A stretch of DNA of 32,000 bases, from NCBI RefSeq assembly GCF_001412615.1, contig NZ_CP013011.1, forward strand, positions 1,860,001-1,892,000. Direction: 5' to 3'. Below, piece after piece: positions 8,518 to 20,967 of the stretch. Numbering within the stretch: the stretch's first letter is position 1; each line of letters begins with the position of its first letter. Below the pieces are notes generated by a model that saw nothing but the letters and a program-made list of their open reading frames with translations, had not been told where the DNA came from and made no database searches. Position numbers and translations under genes: made by a program. This stretch comes from Pyrodictium delaneyi. GTDB taxonomy: Archaea; Thermoproteota; Thermoprotei_A; Sulfolobales; Pyrodictiaceae.

Positions 8518-9780
8518 CTAGGCCCCCGCTGAGCCTATGAGTTGCTCCCTTTTCGGCGGTAATGGAGCGTCCTCTAGCAGCTGGCGGAGCCTCGTATCCC
8601 GTGCCAGGGCCTCTATTATCGTCCCGGGGTCTGCTGCGAGACTTATCATCCTCGTCTTCCCGTAGCGGCCACGGCTCACGACTCGTGCTGAGAGTATGCC
8701 AAGCATGTCTAGCTCGTTTATGATATCGCTTATCCTGCGCTGGGTTACGCTTTCCACGCCTATCCTCGAGGCGAGCTCCCGGTAGACAGTGTAGAGTTCG
8801 CCTGTCGTCGTATACCCCGTGCCGGCCGCCTTTATCACAGCCAGCAACACTAGCCGGGCGTGAAGCGGCAGTGTGGAGACTACCTCGTAGACGCGGTCCC
8901 TCTCTAGCTGCATCCAGGCCTTCTTGACGTGCTCGACTGTGACGCGGGGCGCGTTCTCGCGCTCAGCCATCTCCCCGGCCACACGGAGCAGGTCCAGCGC
9001 GCGGCGGGCATCGCCGTGCTCGCGGGCAGCGAGGGCTGCGCAGTACGATATCACGGCCTCGTCTACTGCACCGGGCTGGAAGGCCTCCCGTGCTCTCTCC
9101 CAGAGTATGTCGCGGAGCTGCTCAGCGTTGTAGGGCGGGAACACAACCTCTTCCTCGCCTAGACTGCTCCGAACCCGTGCATCAAGCATCTCAACGAACT
9201 TCACGTCGTTCGTTATCCCGACTATAGACACCTTTGTCGAGCCCGCCGGCAGCTCGTAGCCTATACGGGTCAGCTTGTACAGGATATCGTCTCCCTTTCT
9301 CCGGACGAGCCAGTCCACCTCGTCTAGTACTACTATGAGCACGCCGCTACGCCGGGATAGAGCACGGACTAGCCGCGTGTAGACCTCGGCCGTCGAGAGC
9401 CCCGTGAAGGGCACCCTGAGCCCAATGCTAGAAGCTATGTCGGCAAGCACCTTGTAGGGCGTATCCCTCTGACGCGTATTGACGTAGGCGTAGCGCACGT
9501 CTACGCCAAGCTGCCGAGCCTTCGCCTCTAGCCTGCGGAGCACGTAGAGGGTGACAGCAGTCTTACCGGTCCCAGTCAGCCCGTAGATGAACAAGTTATT
9601 GGGCCTACTATTCTTCAGCGCTTGCGCTAGGACACTGCCGACCTTCCTTATCTCGTTCTCCCTGTGCGGCAACTTCTCCGGGATATAGTCCGGGCTCAAT
9701 ATGTCACGATTACGGAATATCCGGGACTCCACGACCCGCTCAAATATCTCGTCTAGGATATCCTCCACCATGACCCCCAT
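8518..9780 (-). CDS. orc1: Orc1/Cdc6 replication initiator
   Basis: 420 aa. N-terminal ..IFRNRDILSPDYIPEKLPHRENEIRKV, Walker A GLTGTGKT, Walker B VVLDEVD, sensor region ITND, and a C-terminal winged helix (..ISDIINELDMLGILSARVVSRGRYGKTR). Confidence 0.92.
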   Translation of the reverse strand: MGVMVEDILDEIFERVVESRIFRNRDILSPDYIPEKLPHRENEIRKVGSVLAQALKNSRPNNLFIYGLTGTGKTAVTLYVLRRLEAKARQLGVDVRYAYVNTRQRDTPYKVLADIASSIGLRVPFTGLSTAEVYTRLVRALSRRSGVLIVVLDEVDWLVRRKGDDILYKLTRIGYELPAGSTKVSIVGITNDVKFVEMLDARVRSSLGEEEVVFPPYNAEQLRDILWERAREAFQPGAVDEAVISYCAALAAREHGDARRALDLLRVAGEMAERENAPRVTVEHVKKAWMQLERDRVYEVVSTLPLHARLVLLAVIKAAGTGYTTTGELYTVYRELASRIGVESVTQRRISDIINELDMLGILSARVVSRGRYGKTRMISLAADPGTIIEALARDTRLRQLLEDAPLPPKREQLIGSAGA

Positions 9781-9989
9781 AACTTATGCTTCAACTGGAG
9801 CCACGACCCCCGGATTAAAGCCCCGAGGGACAAGAGCCGCAGACACCTAGCAAGATAATCAACTCATACTGCACACTCTCCTTCACTAAAGGGACTTTAT
9901 GGCACCAAGCCCTAGCGCCCGGAGGCTGTAACTAAGGATCTCCAAGAAACACCCGTAGAACCTGGAGAGTACGAGTAAGATAGGTATGG

Positions 9990-10012
9990 TTCATTGATCT
10001 ATTCATTGATCT
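9990..10012. repeat. Tandem direct repeat, 2 x TTCATTGATCT with a 12-bp period
   Basis: The copies at 9990-10000 and 10002-10012 are identical 11-mers. They lie in the relatively AT-rich patch between the orc1 start and tRNA-Ala. Confidence 0.8.
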
Positions 10013-10064
10013 CTTCGGATAGCAGGGATTGACGTATAGGTGGCTTCGGGGAAGGATGTGGGGG

Positions 10065-10141
<77 letters not shown>

Positions 10142-10530
10142 ATCCTCCGAGGCTGGAGGGTCTCAGCCATGCGGTTGAGCTGTTGCCTGGTTGTTTTATA
10201 AGGTTTACGGACGGGGCTGGAGAAGCGCCTCCTGGATAGGATTATATAGGGAGAGGTGTACCCTGGGTGCCATAGGCTATTGGGACGTGGCTCTGGGCCC
10301 GGGAGCCTTCTTCGCCCCGGGCTAGGTCTCGCCTAGCGTGCTCGCTATAGCCGTGAAGGCGTGGAGTGCGCTGACCGGCAGTGGGATGGTTAAGGAGGAA
10401 TCTCTCGAGGAGGTGATGGGTCTCGGTACAGATACCGCTCGACTATGTCTGCGTTAAAAGCGGTGTTCTCTGCCCTCGTTGTGAGGGACTAATTGAGAGT
10501 GGATCGGTTGACGAGCGCGAAGTAGAGGTA

Positions 10531-10953
10531 ATGAAGGCGCTGATAGAGCTCGAGGAGGGTGAGGGACTACAGGCACTGAAGAAGGCTACGTACTACAAGG
10601 CCTACTTTATCGACGACGAGATGGTAATAGTGGTTATGGACCTGGGTGTTGGCGCTAGTGTTCCTGTGTTCACAAGGTATGCAAGGGATATCGAGCAGAA
10701 GCTACGCGATAAGCTTGGTAAGCGTGTCAAGATCATACCTAGGGCCAACGATGTTCGCGGCCTAGCAACTCATCTGCTCTATCCGATCCGCATTCTCGGC
10801 GTGAACACTCTATGGCTTCCAGACGGGAGCATAGAGTATGTTGTACGTATACCGCGGCGTGACGAGCGCCGGCTCGGAAAGTCCAAGGAGGTATATGAGC
10901 GTATTCTCAGCGAGCTGCTGGGCAAGAGGACCCGCATAAAGTCCGGCTACTAG
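10531..10953 (+). CDS. KH-domain (NusA-like) putative RNA-binding protein; an N-terminal Zn-ribbon segment may lie upstream (see findings)
   Basis: 140-aa ORF. The C-terminal half VKIIPRANDVRGLATHLLYPIRILGVNTLWLPDGSIEYVVRIPRRDERRLGKSKEVYERILSELLGKRTRI resembles an archaeal NusA-type KH module. The open frame continues upstream to 10417 and encodes C-x8-CPRC. Confidence 0.5.
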   Translation: MKALIELEEGEGLQALKKATYYKAYFIDDEMVIVVMDLGVGASVPVFTRYARDIEQKLRDKLGKRVKIIPRANDVRGLATHLLYPIRILGVNTLWLPDGSIEYVVRIPRRDERRLGKSKEVYERILSELLGKRTRIKSGY

Positions 10954-10968
10954 CCCGCTGACTGTTAT

Positions 10969-12138
10969 TTAGACGCATTCCGGCGGCTCAGCGAGCTCCC
11001 GAAGGACTAGAGTTGCGTACATCCCCTTTTCCAGTGTAAAGGACAGAGCCACCCGGCCGTCAGGGAGTATCCTCGCCCTAAGGCCCTCGGGGACCGTGTA
11101 GACTGGGCGCCAGTAGGGCCTTAGCCGGGGCAGGCCTGGAGGCGGCTCAGCTAGGGTCTCTAGGCTTATACCCAGCGGCTCTAGAGCCTCTTCTAGCAGC
11201 TCTGCCGCCTTGCCCCCGGTGCCTAGCCGGTACCCTATCCCCGGGACTGGAGCGTATGGGCGGCCCTCTACCTGCCTCTCGCCGGGGAGGCGCTCCTCGA
11301 GGCTGTAACCGTGAGCTATGCGTAGACTTAGGTACCTGTTGAAGACATAAGCCTGTAGCGCTGCGAGCTGCAACTCTAGCACGCCGCGGGGCAGTAGTCT
11401 GGCAAGGTCCCCTGGGCTGGCTGCATCCCGGGCTACTCTGGCCTCGTAGAGCCTCGACTCGCTACAACCCCTACCACGCCATAGCGTTGCTCTACACCTT
11501 GCCGTTTCGGGACCCTCATCGGGGTATGGGTTGCCCAAGAGCTCCCGAGCATAAAGCGCTAGGTCGCCCCGGAGCAGAGCGAGGCCTTGGAGGTGGGTGT
11601 TGGGTCTCCGGGTGCCGAAGCGCTGATAGCCATAGTAGGCTGGCAACTTCGCCCTCGCGAGCCCCCGGGCCGCCTCCATCACCTCCTGTGGCGTAGCGGA
11701 AACTGGCTCGAGGACTATGGTGAACTGGTTCCCCTTTAGGACTCCGCGGCGGGGGCAACGGTTGGTTCTGCCTACTAGACGAGCCCATAGCCTGCCGGGC
11801 ACCGTGACTAGCTCTCTCGGCTCCCTAGGGCAGGGGAGGCACGCATACTGTACCGTGGTAGCCCCGGTGTCCTTGAGCCCCGCTATGTTCACACTACGAG
11901 GATTGGCCCCGAGCATGCGGGCTAGTAGCCGGGCTGCGTCGAGGCTTGGGAGTCCCCGCTTAGCAAGCACGTAGACGCAGTATCGACCATCTTCTTCTAT
12001 GGTTAGCTCGGGTAGCTCGGCTACTACGAAACTTCTCTCACGGGGCCTCGCAATGCATGCTACCGGGCCGGTGCAGAGCAGCCGGTACACCATGGCGATG
12101 AGGAGGTCTAGGAGATTATTGCTCCTGCATAGACTCAT
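10969..12138 (-). CDS. truD: tRNA pseudouridine synthase TruD/Pus7 family
   Basis: The catalytic-Asp motif GLKDTGATTVQY (GxKDxxAxTxQ) is present, followed by ..GNQFTIVL.. and ..PAYYGYQRFG... The start is uncertain: ATG 12138 or ATG 12093. Confidence 0.8.
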   Translation of the reverse strand: MSLCRSNNLLDLLIAMVYRLLCTGPVACIARPRERSFVVAELPELTIEEDGRYCVYVLAKRGLPSLDAARLLARMLGANPRSVNIAGLKDTGATTVQYACLPCPREPRELVTVPGRLWARLVGRTNRCPRRGVLKGNQFTIVLEPVSATPQEVMEAARGLARAKLPAYYGYQRFGTRRPNTHLQGLALLRGDLALYARELLGNPYPDEGPETARCRATLWRGRGCSESRLYEARVARDAASPGDLARLLPRGVLELQLAALQAYVFNRYLSLRIAHGYSLEERLPGERQVEGRPYAPVPGIGYRLGTGGKAAELLEEALEPLGISLETLAEPPPGLPRLRPYWRPVYTVPEGLRARILPDGRVALSFTLEKGMYATLVLRELAEPPECV

Positions 12139-12194
12139 TGACTGCGGGCCCCGCAGATATCGCTACCCCGGAGAGGGATACAGCGAGCGTTGCC

Positions 12195-12575
12195 CTAGAG
12201 CAGCTTCAGCCTGCCCGTGACGCGGTCTACTAGCTGGCTCGGCGCCGGGCCTACGCCGACAGTGGTGCGCGTGCCCGGCGGTAGCTCGGTATGACCAGCA
12301 TCGGCTATCAGTGAGGCTGGTAGGCCTAGGCGGCGGGCCTCCTGGTAGACTTGGAGGAGTTCTTGCTCGTTCTGGACCTTCACTACTATCTTCTTCTGGC
12401 CCTGGCTCCTCCACTCGCGGAGCCAGTGTTTCCACTCAGGGTGTCCAGAGTCTAGTATGATGAACACAGCCTCTACCGCGGCATGGGCTACCTGAGCTGC
12501 GAGCTTGCCCTTGCTCATCTTTATGTCAGTGCGTACTGCTATAACTTGCTTATACTCCTGCATGGCCCTGGTCAT
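12195..12575 (-). CDS. pth2: Peptidyl-tRNA hydrolase, archaeal type (Pth2)
   Basis: KQVIAVRTDIKMSKGKLAAQVAHAAVEA ... KIVVKV.NE.EL......A...GLPASLIADAGHTELPPGTRTTVGVGP is the Pth2 signature. At about 120 aa the length also fits. Confidence 0.9.
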   Translation of the reverse strand: MTRAMQEYKQVIAVRTDIKMSKGKLAAQVAHAAVEAVFIILDSGHPEWKHWLREWRSQGQKKIVVKVQNEQELLQVYQEARRLGLPASLIADAGHTELPPGTRTTVGVGPAPSQLVDRVTGRLKLL

Positions 12576-12654
12576 ACCCTCCCAGGTATACCCAGGGCAC
12601 TCTACCGGGCCGCAAGATAATAATTAGCTGGCCTAGCTGCCGGGGCTTCCCGGG

Positions 12655-12882
12655 GTGCCGGTAGCCGTGGCGCTAAGCCTTGAGGTCTCGCGGAAGCCCA
12701 GCATAGTAGAGGCCACTAAGGTCCCTATGTGTACGAGCTGCAACAGGCCGATAACGCCCTGGGAGAAAGGTGTAGCGTTCCTCTGCCCGAACTGTGGCGA
12801 GGTAGTGATTTGGCGGTGCTCTAGCTGCCGTAAGATGGGCGTGCAGTATCGCTGCCCTAAGTGCGGCTTCGAGGGCCCCTAA
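12655..12882 (+). CDS. Small double zinc-ribbon protein (the conserved archaeal neighbour of aEF-1beta)
   Basis: Four CxxC pairs: CTSC...CPNC...CSSC...CPKC. The gene lies immediately upstream of ef1b. The start is either GTG 12655 or ATG 12727. Confidence 0.75.
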   Translation: MPVAVALSLEVSRKPSIVEATKVPMCTSCNRPITPWEKGVAFLCPNCGEVVIWRCSSCRKMGVQYRCPKCGFEGP

Positions 12883-12965
12883 AACAATCTAGCAGAGTTT
12901 TTACACTCGCCCTCCAGGGCGCTAGTGTATAGTCCCTGCCATAACCCTTGGCGAGGTGTAACCCC

Positions 12966-13244
12966 GTGGCGAAGGTACTCGTAGTAGCCTCCGTATATCC
13001 CTCTAGCACCGACATCAACCTAGACGAGCTAGTAGAGAAGATAAAGGAGAAGCTCCCCGAGAACTACGAGATAACACGGTACGACAAGGTGCCGATAGCC
13101 TTCGGCCTCAACGCGCTAAAGCTCTATATACTGATACCCGAGGAGAGCGAGGGAGGTACCTCGAAGCTAGAGGAGCTGCTACAGGGTGTCGAGGGCGTCG
13201 AGGAGATAGAGATAGAGGCCGTCCACAGAGTGTCCAGCTACTAG
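12966..13244 (+). CDS. ef1b: Translation elongation factor aEF-1 beta
   Basis: MAKVLVVASVYPSSTDINLDELVEKIKEKLPENYEI.RYDKVPIAFGLNALKLYILIPEESEGGTSKLEE.LQGVEGVEEIEIE. The start is set at GTG 12966, 7 nt after GAGGTG (12953-12958). The track ORF begins at TTG 12948. Confidence 0.88.
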   Translation: MAKVLVVASVYPSSTDINLDELVEKIKEKLPENYEITRYDKVPIAFGLNALKLYILIPEESEGGTSKLEELLQGVEGVEEIEIEAVHRVSSY

Positions 13245-13538
13245 CCGTCTAGCACGTTCATGCGTTCTTCGGCTCTACCGCCTTTGTTTCCACCACCCCA
13301 CGCCCCGGAGGCTCTGTGAATACTTAATACTATGGAGGCTCAGCTCCTTCTGCCAGGCTTATACAGCTAGCCAAATAAACGGGTACTTGGCTTCTCTCCC
13401 ACATTCCTGGAGCCCCCGGGAGGTTTCCTGGGGAGCAACTCGATATAGGGTCCCGGACATTGTACCCTCTACGCTGATGGAGATTTCGTATATGGAAGGT
13501 GCGTAGCAGAGGAGCTCTTGACTGAGGAGTAGGTGTAA

Positions 13539-15755
<2,217 letters not shown>

Positions 15756-15789
15756 CTATCTACTCCTATCCAGCCCCTTACCTGGTACA

Positions 15790-15816
15790 ACTTGGGCGTA
15801 CTTCCCAAGTATTTTC
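15790..15816 (+). terminator. Hairpin plus T-run downstream of cdc48
   Basis: ACTTGGG (15790-15796) pairs with CCCAAGT (15804-15810) across a 7-nt loop, followed by ATTTTC. This fits oligo-T-dependent archaeal termination but is unproven. Confidence 0.3.
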
Positions 15817-15875
15817 AAAAATCTCCATCATGTTATCCATTGTCTATAGCAATAGCCCTATGGAGGTGTTAACAT

Positions 15876-16112
15876 ATGGCTGGTCAAGATACCTGGAGAA
15901 GTATACCCCTACATTACGCGATAATAGAGGAACTTGAGAGAAGAGGTGGTAGTGCCAAAGATATCGAACTCTACCGGGCCCTAAGAAGCCGTGTAGATGT
16001 AACTTTCTCAGAGTTCCTCCATGCCCTCATGAAGCTGGAAATGCAGGGCCTAGTATACGTCTCAGTTCTCCGCGAGAACCTCCGGAACGTCGAACTGCTT
16101 AGGAAACCTTAA
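15876..16112 (+). CDS. Small hypothetical protein, winged-helix-like
   Basis: 78-aa ORF with an ATG start preceded by GGAGGTG. The helical pattern ..[22 protein letters not shown]...[21 protein letters not shown] suggests a wHTH. The family was not recognised. Confidence 0.5.
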   Translation: MAGQDTWRSIPLHYAIIEELERRGGSAKDIELYRALRSRVDVTFSEFLHALMKLEMQGLVYVSVLRENLRNVELLRKP

Positions 16113-16156
16113 CGCTGGCTCCTTATGGTTTTCCTAGCTTCTGGGGCAGGAGAGCT

Positions 16157-17209
16157 GTGGGTGTTAACCTCCGCGAGATTATACCCCCCGAGGCAGTAAC
16201 GGAGATAGAGCTCGCCGCACTACGCTACAAGGTAGTCGCAATAGACGCTTATAACGCACTTTACCAGTTCCTGACTGCCATCCGGCAGCCCGACGGCACC
16301 CCGCTGATGGACTCGCGTGGCCGAGTTACTAGCCATCTTAGCGGACTCTTCTACCGCACCATAAACCTCGCTGAGCAAGGGATAAAGGTAGTATACGTCT
16401 TTGACGGAAAGCCTCCAGAGATGAAGTATCTCGAGATAGAGCGGAGGAAGCGGGTCAAAGCGGAGGCTGTCCGGAAGTACGAGGAGGCAGTCAAGAAGGG
16501 CGACCGGGAAGCTGCTCGGCGCTACGCCCAGATGGCTGCAAGGCTAACCGACGAAATGGTGAAGGATGCTAAGCGGCTACTCGACGCTATGGGCATCCCC
16601 TACGTCCAGGCTCCAGCAGAGGGCGAAGCACAGGCAGCCTTCATGGCGCGCCGGGGCGATGCATGGGCGGCCGCAAGCCAGGACTACGACTCGCTCCTAT
16701 TCGGCTCCCCTCGGCTAGTGAGAAACCTAGCCATCACGGGGCGGCGTAAACTGCCCCGAAAGGACGTCTACATAGAGGTTAAGCCCGAGCTAATAGAGCT
16801 CGATAAACTATTAAAACTTTTAGGGATAACCCGGGAGCAGCTAATAGCCCTGGGTATACTAATAGGTACTGACTATAATCCCGAGGGCGTAAAGGGTATA
16901 GGCCCAAAGACCGCGCTCAAGATGGTTAAGGCGCATCGCGACCCAGTGAAGCTGCTCCAGGGACTTTCCAGGCACGAGTTCCCCACCGACCCGGTAAAGA
17001 TCTACGAGTACTTCCTCAACCCCCCAGTCACGAACGACTATAAGCTCGAGTGGAGAGAACCCGACGAGAAAATGGTCTACGAGATACTCGTGGAAGAGCA
17101 CGACTTTAGCCCGGATCGCGTGAAGAACGCTCTAGAGAGGCTGAAGAAAGCATACAGAGAGCACTTCCGGGGTCGCCAGATGGGTCTCGATGCATGGCTA
17201 CGTCGTTAG
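16157..17209 (+). CDS. fen: Flap endonuclease FEN-1
   Basis: [10 protein letters not shown]... N-terminus (GTG start). XPG-N and XPG-I blocks are present ([14 protein letters not shown]; [11 protein letters not shown]; [13 protein letters not shown]; [10 protein letters not shown]), as is the H3TH ([17 protein letters not shown]). A C-terminal PCNA-interaction motif is also present (QMGLDAWL). Confidence 0.95.
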   Translation: MGVNLREIIPPEAVTEIELAALRYKVVAIDAYNALYQFLTAIRQPDGTPLMDSRGRVTSHLSGLFYRTINLAEQGIKVVYVFDGKPPEMKYLEIERRKRVKAEAVRKYEEAVKKGDREAARRYAQMAARLTDEMVKDAKRLLDAMGIPYVQAPAEGEAQAAFMARRGDAWAAASQDYDSLLFGSPRLVRNLAITGRRKLPRKDVYIEVKPELIELDKLLKLLGITREQLIALGILIGTDYNPEGVKGIGPKTALKMVKAHRDPVKLLQGLSRHEFPTDPVKIYEYFLNPPVTNDYKLEWREPDEKMVYEILVEEHDFSPDRVKNALERLKKAYREHFRGRQMGLDAWLRR

Positions 17210-17218
17210 CCTGGGGTC

Positions 17219-17953
<735 letters not shown>

Positions 17954-18000
17954 CTAAGGGTGTATCCGGCGCCAAGGACGCGTCGCGGGGCAGAAGAGCT

Positions 18001-18504
18001 GTGACAACGAGAAGAATATGCATCAAGCTTCTACAGTGCCGCGGACACCCTAACGTGCAATTATCCCATCCCTCCACCCTCGAGCTGGAGAAGGAAGCTT
18101 CCCTGACGCCACGCGGCGACTGCATAGCATGCGTATCATGTAAGGGGGATCTTGGAGAATGCGTAGAAGAGAAGGGGCTTGCAGCCCTCTATATAGCAGC
18201 ACTCTCATTCTTCCCGCCGGGCGTTGCTAGCACCATTGTTTCCGGACTCTCGCCCGCCGCGAGGCCCAGGCGGTTGATAGCCCGGCGGAGCTGTCACCGA
18301 GTAGACAGCATAGTAATCGCGGCAAACAGGGCTGCCGCCGACGTGCCAGAGAATCTACGCCGGCTGCTAATGAGCAGCTATACTCGGTGCCTAGCCCTCT
18401 ACCTCGTCCTCGCCCCGGACGACAACGTCGACACGGTATATGAATCTGTGGGGTGCATAGTCGAGGACATGAGTGACAGAGGAGCCTCCGGGGACTCTGG
18501 CTAG
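18001..18504 (+). CDS. DUF371-family protein
   Basis: GTG start. ..CRGHPNVQLSHPSTLELEKEASLTPRGDCIACVS.. matches the DUF371 core as I recall it (GH.NI.A.H.TT.E.TKD..LT.RGDCI.GV). The last ~38 codons overlap the convergent trm5 3' end. Confidence 0.55.
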   Translation: MTTRRICIKLLQCRGHPNVQLSHPSTLELEKEASLTPRGDCIACVSCKGDLGECVEEKGLAALYIAALSFFPPGVASTIVSGLSPAARPRRLIARRSCHRVDSIVIAANRAAADVPENLRRLLMSSYTRCLALYLVLAPDDNVDTVYESVGCIVEDMSDRGASGDSG

Positions 18505-19434
18505 GGCCTCCTCGGGGGAAGACGCTACAGTGTAGACGTGCAGTACGCAGCCCCGTGGGCTGCAGAGCCGCCGGGCTACCGGGATGAAGTCCACAGCGCT
18601 ATGAGGCAGGTTCATGATTATCCGGGTGAATACTGGCCGGAGTAGCTCTGGCAACCGACGCGCATCAGAGCACATCGCTATTATCGGCGTCTTTAGCTTT
18701 GACCGGTTCATCTCCATGGCCCGTAGGAGGCTCGTTACTGCCCAAGGGTTGGCGTCATTAGCTACTATCAGCCGGCCGCGACCCAGCGCCGAGGCTACTA
18801 GGCTGAAGCCGCCCACCCCGCTGAACATGTCGAGGACTATGTCGTCTCCTGTTATCATCTCCGCTACACGTCGATGCTCTGTCGCTAGCCTTGGGTTTAT
18901 GTAGACGCGGCCGAGCGGCACCGGTATGCGCAGCCCGTGCTCCACGTGTATTGTCTCCTCGAGTCGCTCGCCAGCCAGGTGTACTAGCTTCTGGGCCCGG
19001 TACTCACCCACTGTAGCCTCCTTGCCGTAGACCGCAGTTATCCCGGGCACTGTACGGAGCAGCTCCTCAGCCACTTCCCTCTCACGCCCAGCCAATCGCT
19101 CGTCTAGCGATACTATCGCCACACGGCCCACTATCACGTAGGAGACGGGTGGACGCCGCTGCTCCCGGGCCGTACAGAGACATTCAACCACTTCTACCAG
19201 GCCGCCGCAGACAGATAACAGTCGGTCGCGAAGCAGCTTCAGTTCCTCGGTCCCAGCCTCGGCTGCAAACACTGGAAGCCCTAAGCGTGTACAGTATTGT
19301 TTAACCGGCCGCCTCTGCCCTGCTGCAAGCTGGCTGTCGCGGAGCAGCCTACGCGCTGCCTCACCGCAGCGCCGCCCAGTGACAAGACATAAGCAGGGAA
19401 CCGGTGACCCGTCCATGCCGCGGTTCGTCGCCAT
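18391..19434 (-). CDS. trm5: tRNA (guanine37-N1)-methyltransferase Trm5 / Met-10 family
   Basis: ..VYINPRLATEHRRVAEMITGDDIVLDMFSGVGGFSLVA......IVANDANPWAV..L...M..N.........SDAR......FTRIIMNLPHSAVDFI: SAM motif I and the NLP motif are present. ATG 19416 is an alternative start. Confidence 0.8.
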   Translation of the reverse strand: MATNRGMDGSPVPCLCLVTGRRCGEAARRLLRDSQLAAGQRRPVKQYCTRLGLPVFAAEAGTEELKLLRDRLLSVCGGLVEVVECLCTAREQRRPPVSYVIVGRVAIVSLDERLAGREREVAEELLRTVPGITAVYGKEATVGEYRAQKLVHLAGERLEETIHVEHGLRIPVPLGRVYINPRLATEHRRVAEMITGDDIVLDMFSGVGGFSLVASALGRGRLIVANDANPWAVTSLLRAMEMNRSKLKTPIIAMCSDARRLPELLRPVFTRIIMNLPHSAVDFIPVARRLCSPRGCVLHVYTVASSPEEALARVPGGSSVTHVLDYAPHRFIYRVDVVVRGEDEVEG

Positions 19435-20242
19435 ATACGCCAGGCCCGATCGCAGAGAGGCGCTAGAGCTGGCTAGAGAGGCTTACCGTCGCCTCCGCGA
19501 GGCTGGCGCCGAGCCAGCCTACGATGCCTCTATAGCTGGGCTCCTCAAGGGCCCGGCTGTCGACCTGCGCTTCGAGCACGTGGAGGGCGTTGTGGTGATA
19601 GGCGGAGATGGTACCCTACTCCGCTTGCTACAACTCCTCGGCGCCCACAGCCCGGTACTCCATCTCGTACGGCTGGGGCGCAGAGCCTTCCTTTTCGACG
19701 AGCCCCCGAGCGAGGCCATGGAGAGGCTACGGGACTTTGTCGAGGACCGGTACCTTGTGGAGGAGCACCGGCGACTCCTTGTGTATGCACGTGGAGTAGA
19801 AGCATATGCGCTCAACGAGGCAGCAGTACTAGCCCTCGGCTCCAAGGTGGCTGGGCTACGGGTCGAACTGGAAGACGGCTCCTTGCTCTACGAGGGCCTA
19901 GAGGGTGATGGACTGATAGTAGCGACGCCTACAGGAAGTACAGCCTATAGCTACAGCGCTGGGGGCTCGGTCATACACCCTGGGCTCGACGCAGCAGTAA
20001 TAACCCCCGTGAACCCGGTTGACCGGAGAATGGGCAGCATAGTAGTCCCCGGCAGCACTAGAGTTAGGATACGTGTAGAGCGCACAACCCGACCGGTAAA
20101 ACTCATCATAGACGGTGTCCGAGAATACCTTCTCGCCCGCGGAGCTGTCGTCGAGACTGTACTCCGCGGGCCGCCGGTCCGTATAGCACGGTACCGAGAG
20201 CGGGGGCTGCTGAGGCTGCCATGGAGCCCGTCTACGTCCTAG
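19415..20242 (+). CDS. nadK: NAD kinase
   Basis: GGDGTLLR motif, NEAAV, and GDGLIVATPTGSTAYSYSAGG. The start is set at ATG 19415 (MPRFVAIYARPD). The track ORF begins at GTG 19379. Confidence 0.88.
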   Translation: MPRFVAIYARPDRREALELAREAYRRLREAGAEPAYDASIAGLLKGPAVDLRFEHVEGVVVIGGDGTLLRLLQLLGAHSPVLHLVRLGRRAFLFDEPPSEAMERLRDFVEDRYLVEEHRRLLVYARGVEAYALNEAAVLALGSKVAGLRVELEDGSLLYEGLEGDGLIVATPTGSTAYSYSAGGSVIHPGLDAAVITPVNPVDRRMGSIVVPGSTRVRIRVERTTRPVKLIIDGVREYLLARGAVVETVLRGPPVRIARYRERGLLRLPWSPSTS

Positions 20243-20742
20243 ACACGACTGCGTTCATAGCCCGGTGGCTCCTCTACGCTCCGGGTGCGGGCCAGGCCTA
20301 CACCACGAGCCTGGTCATCGAGGAGGTGCGTGACCAGGCTAGCCGCGAGGGCCTAGAGCTAGCCCTAGGCCTCGGCAGGCTAGAGGTACGCGATCCAAGC
20401 CCCGAAGCCCTGAAGCGTGCTGTCCGCGAGGCAGCCAAGGCCGGGCTTCACGCATCCCTTAGCAGAACCGATCTCAGTGTAGCAGCGCTTGCCCTCGAAC
20501 TCAGACAGCAAGGCTACCGCGTGATAGTAGTAACAGACGACTACGCGTTACAGAACCTCGTAGCCAAGCTTGGCCTAGAGTACAAGCCGCTACGCACCCG
20601 GGGAATAACCCGGGTAGAGAGTTACCGTGTCCAGTGCCCCGCCTGCGGCTACGTATCCCGTAGGCCCGGCGAGCGAGTCTGCCCAGTATGCGGCACGCCA
20701 CTCAAGAGAACAAGGAAACACTACAACCACAGGCAGCGTTAG
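20221..20742 (+). CDS. nob1: Archaeal Nob1-like endonuclease (PIN domain plus C-terminal zinc ribbon)
   Basis: N-terminal PIN (VYVLDTTAFI....; VVTDDYALQNLA..LGL) followed by CPACG-x12-CPVCG. It overlaps the nadK 3' end by 22 nt. Confidence 0.75.
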   Translation: MEPVYVLDTTAFIARWLLYAPGAGQAYTTSLVIEEVRDQASREGLELALGLGRLEVRDPSPEALKRAVREAAKAGLHASLSRTDLSVAALALELRQQGYRVIVVTDDYALQNLVAKLGLEYKPLRTRGITRVESYRVQCPACGYVSRRPGERVCPVCGTPLKRTRKHYNHRQR

Positions 20743-20967
20743 CAACCCTACGACACAGTAGCCTGGGCGTATGAGGGATCGTCGCAAGGCACGTGAGAGC
20801 ACATTGAGGTGACGAGAGTAGCCTGGCTGGCATGCTCAGCTTGTGGATGCCGTGAGATCTGTATAGAGCTGGACCCTTGTCTGCGCTACGCCGGGCCATA
20901 GGCCCCTCTCTACCCTGCTTTATTACCCCTGCCTGTCCTCTGTTCTCTGCCGCCTGGTGTCGTCCAC

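Noticed and set aside
8464-8531. Possible C/D-box sRNA: ATGATGA at 8467-8473 and CTGA at about 8528
   Set aside because: There are no internal D' or C' boxes and no terminal stem. The putative D box lies inside the orc1 3' coding end. The match is consistent with chance.
20757-20826. 10-nt direct repeat AGTAGCCTGG at 20757-20766 and 20817-20826 between nob1 and adh
   Set aside because: It is a single short repeat pair with no accompanying structure or box motifs, so it is plausibly chance.
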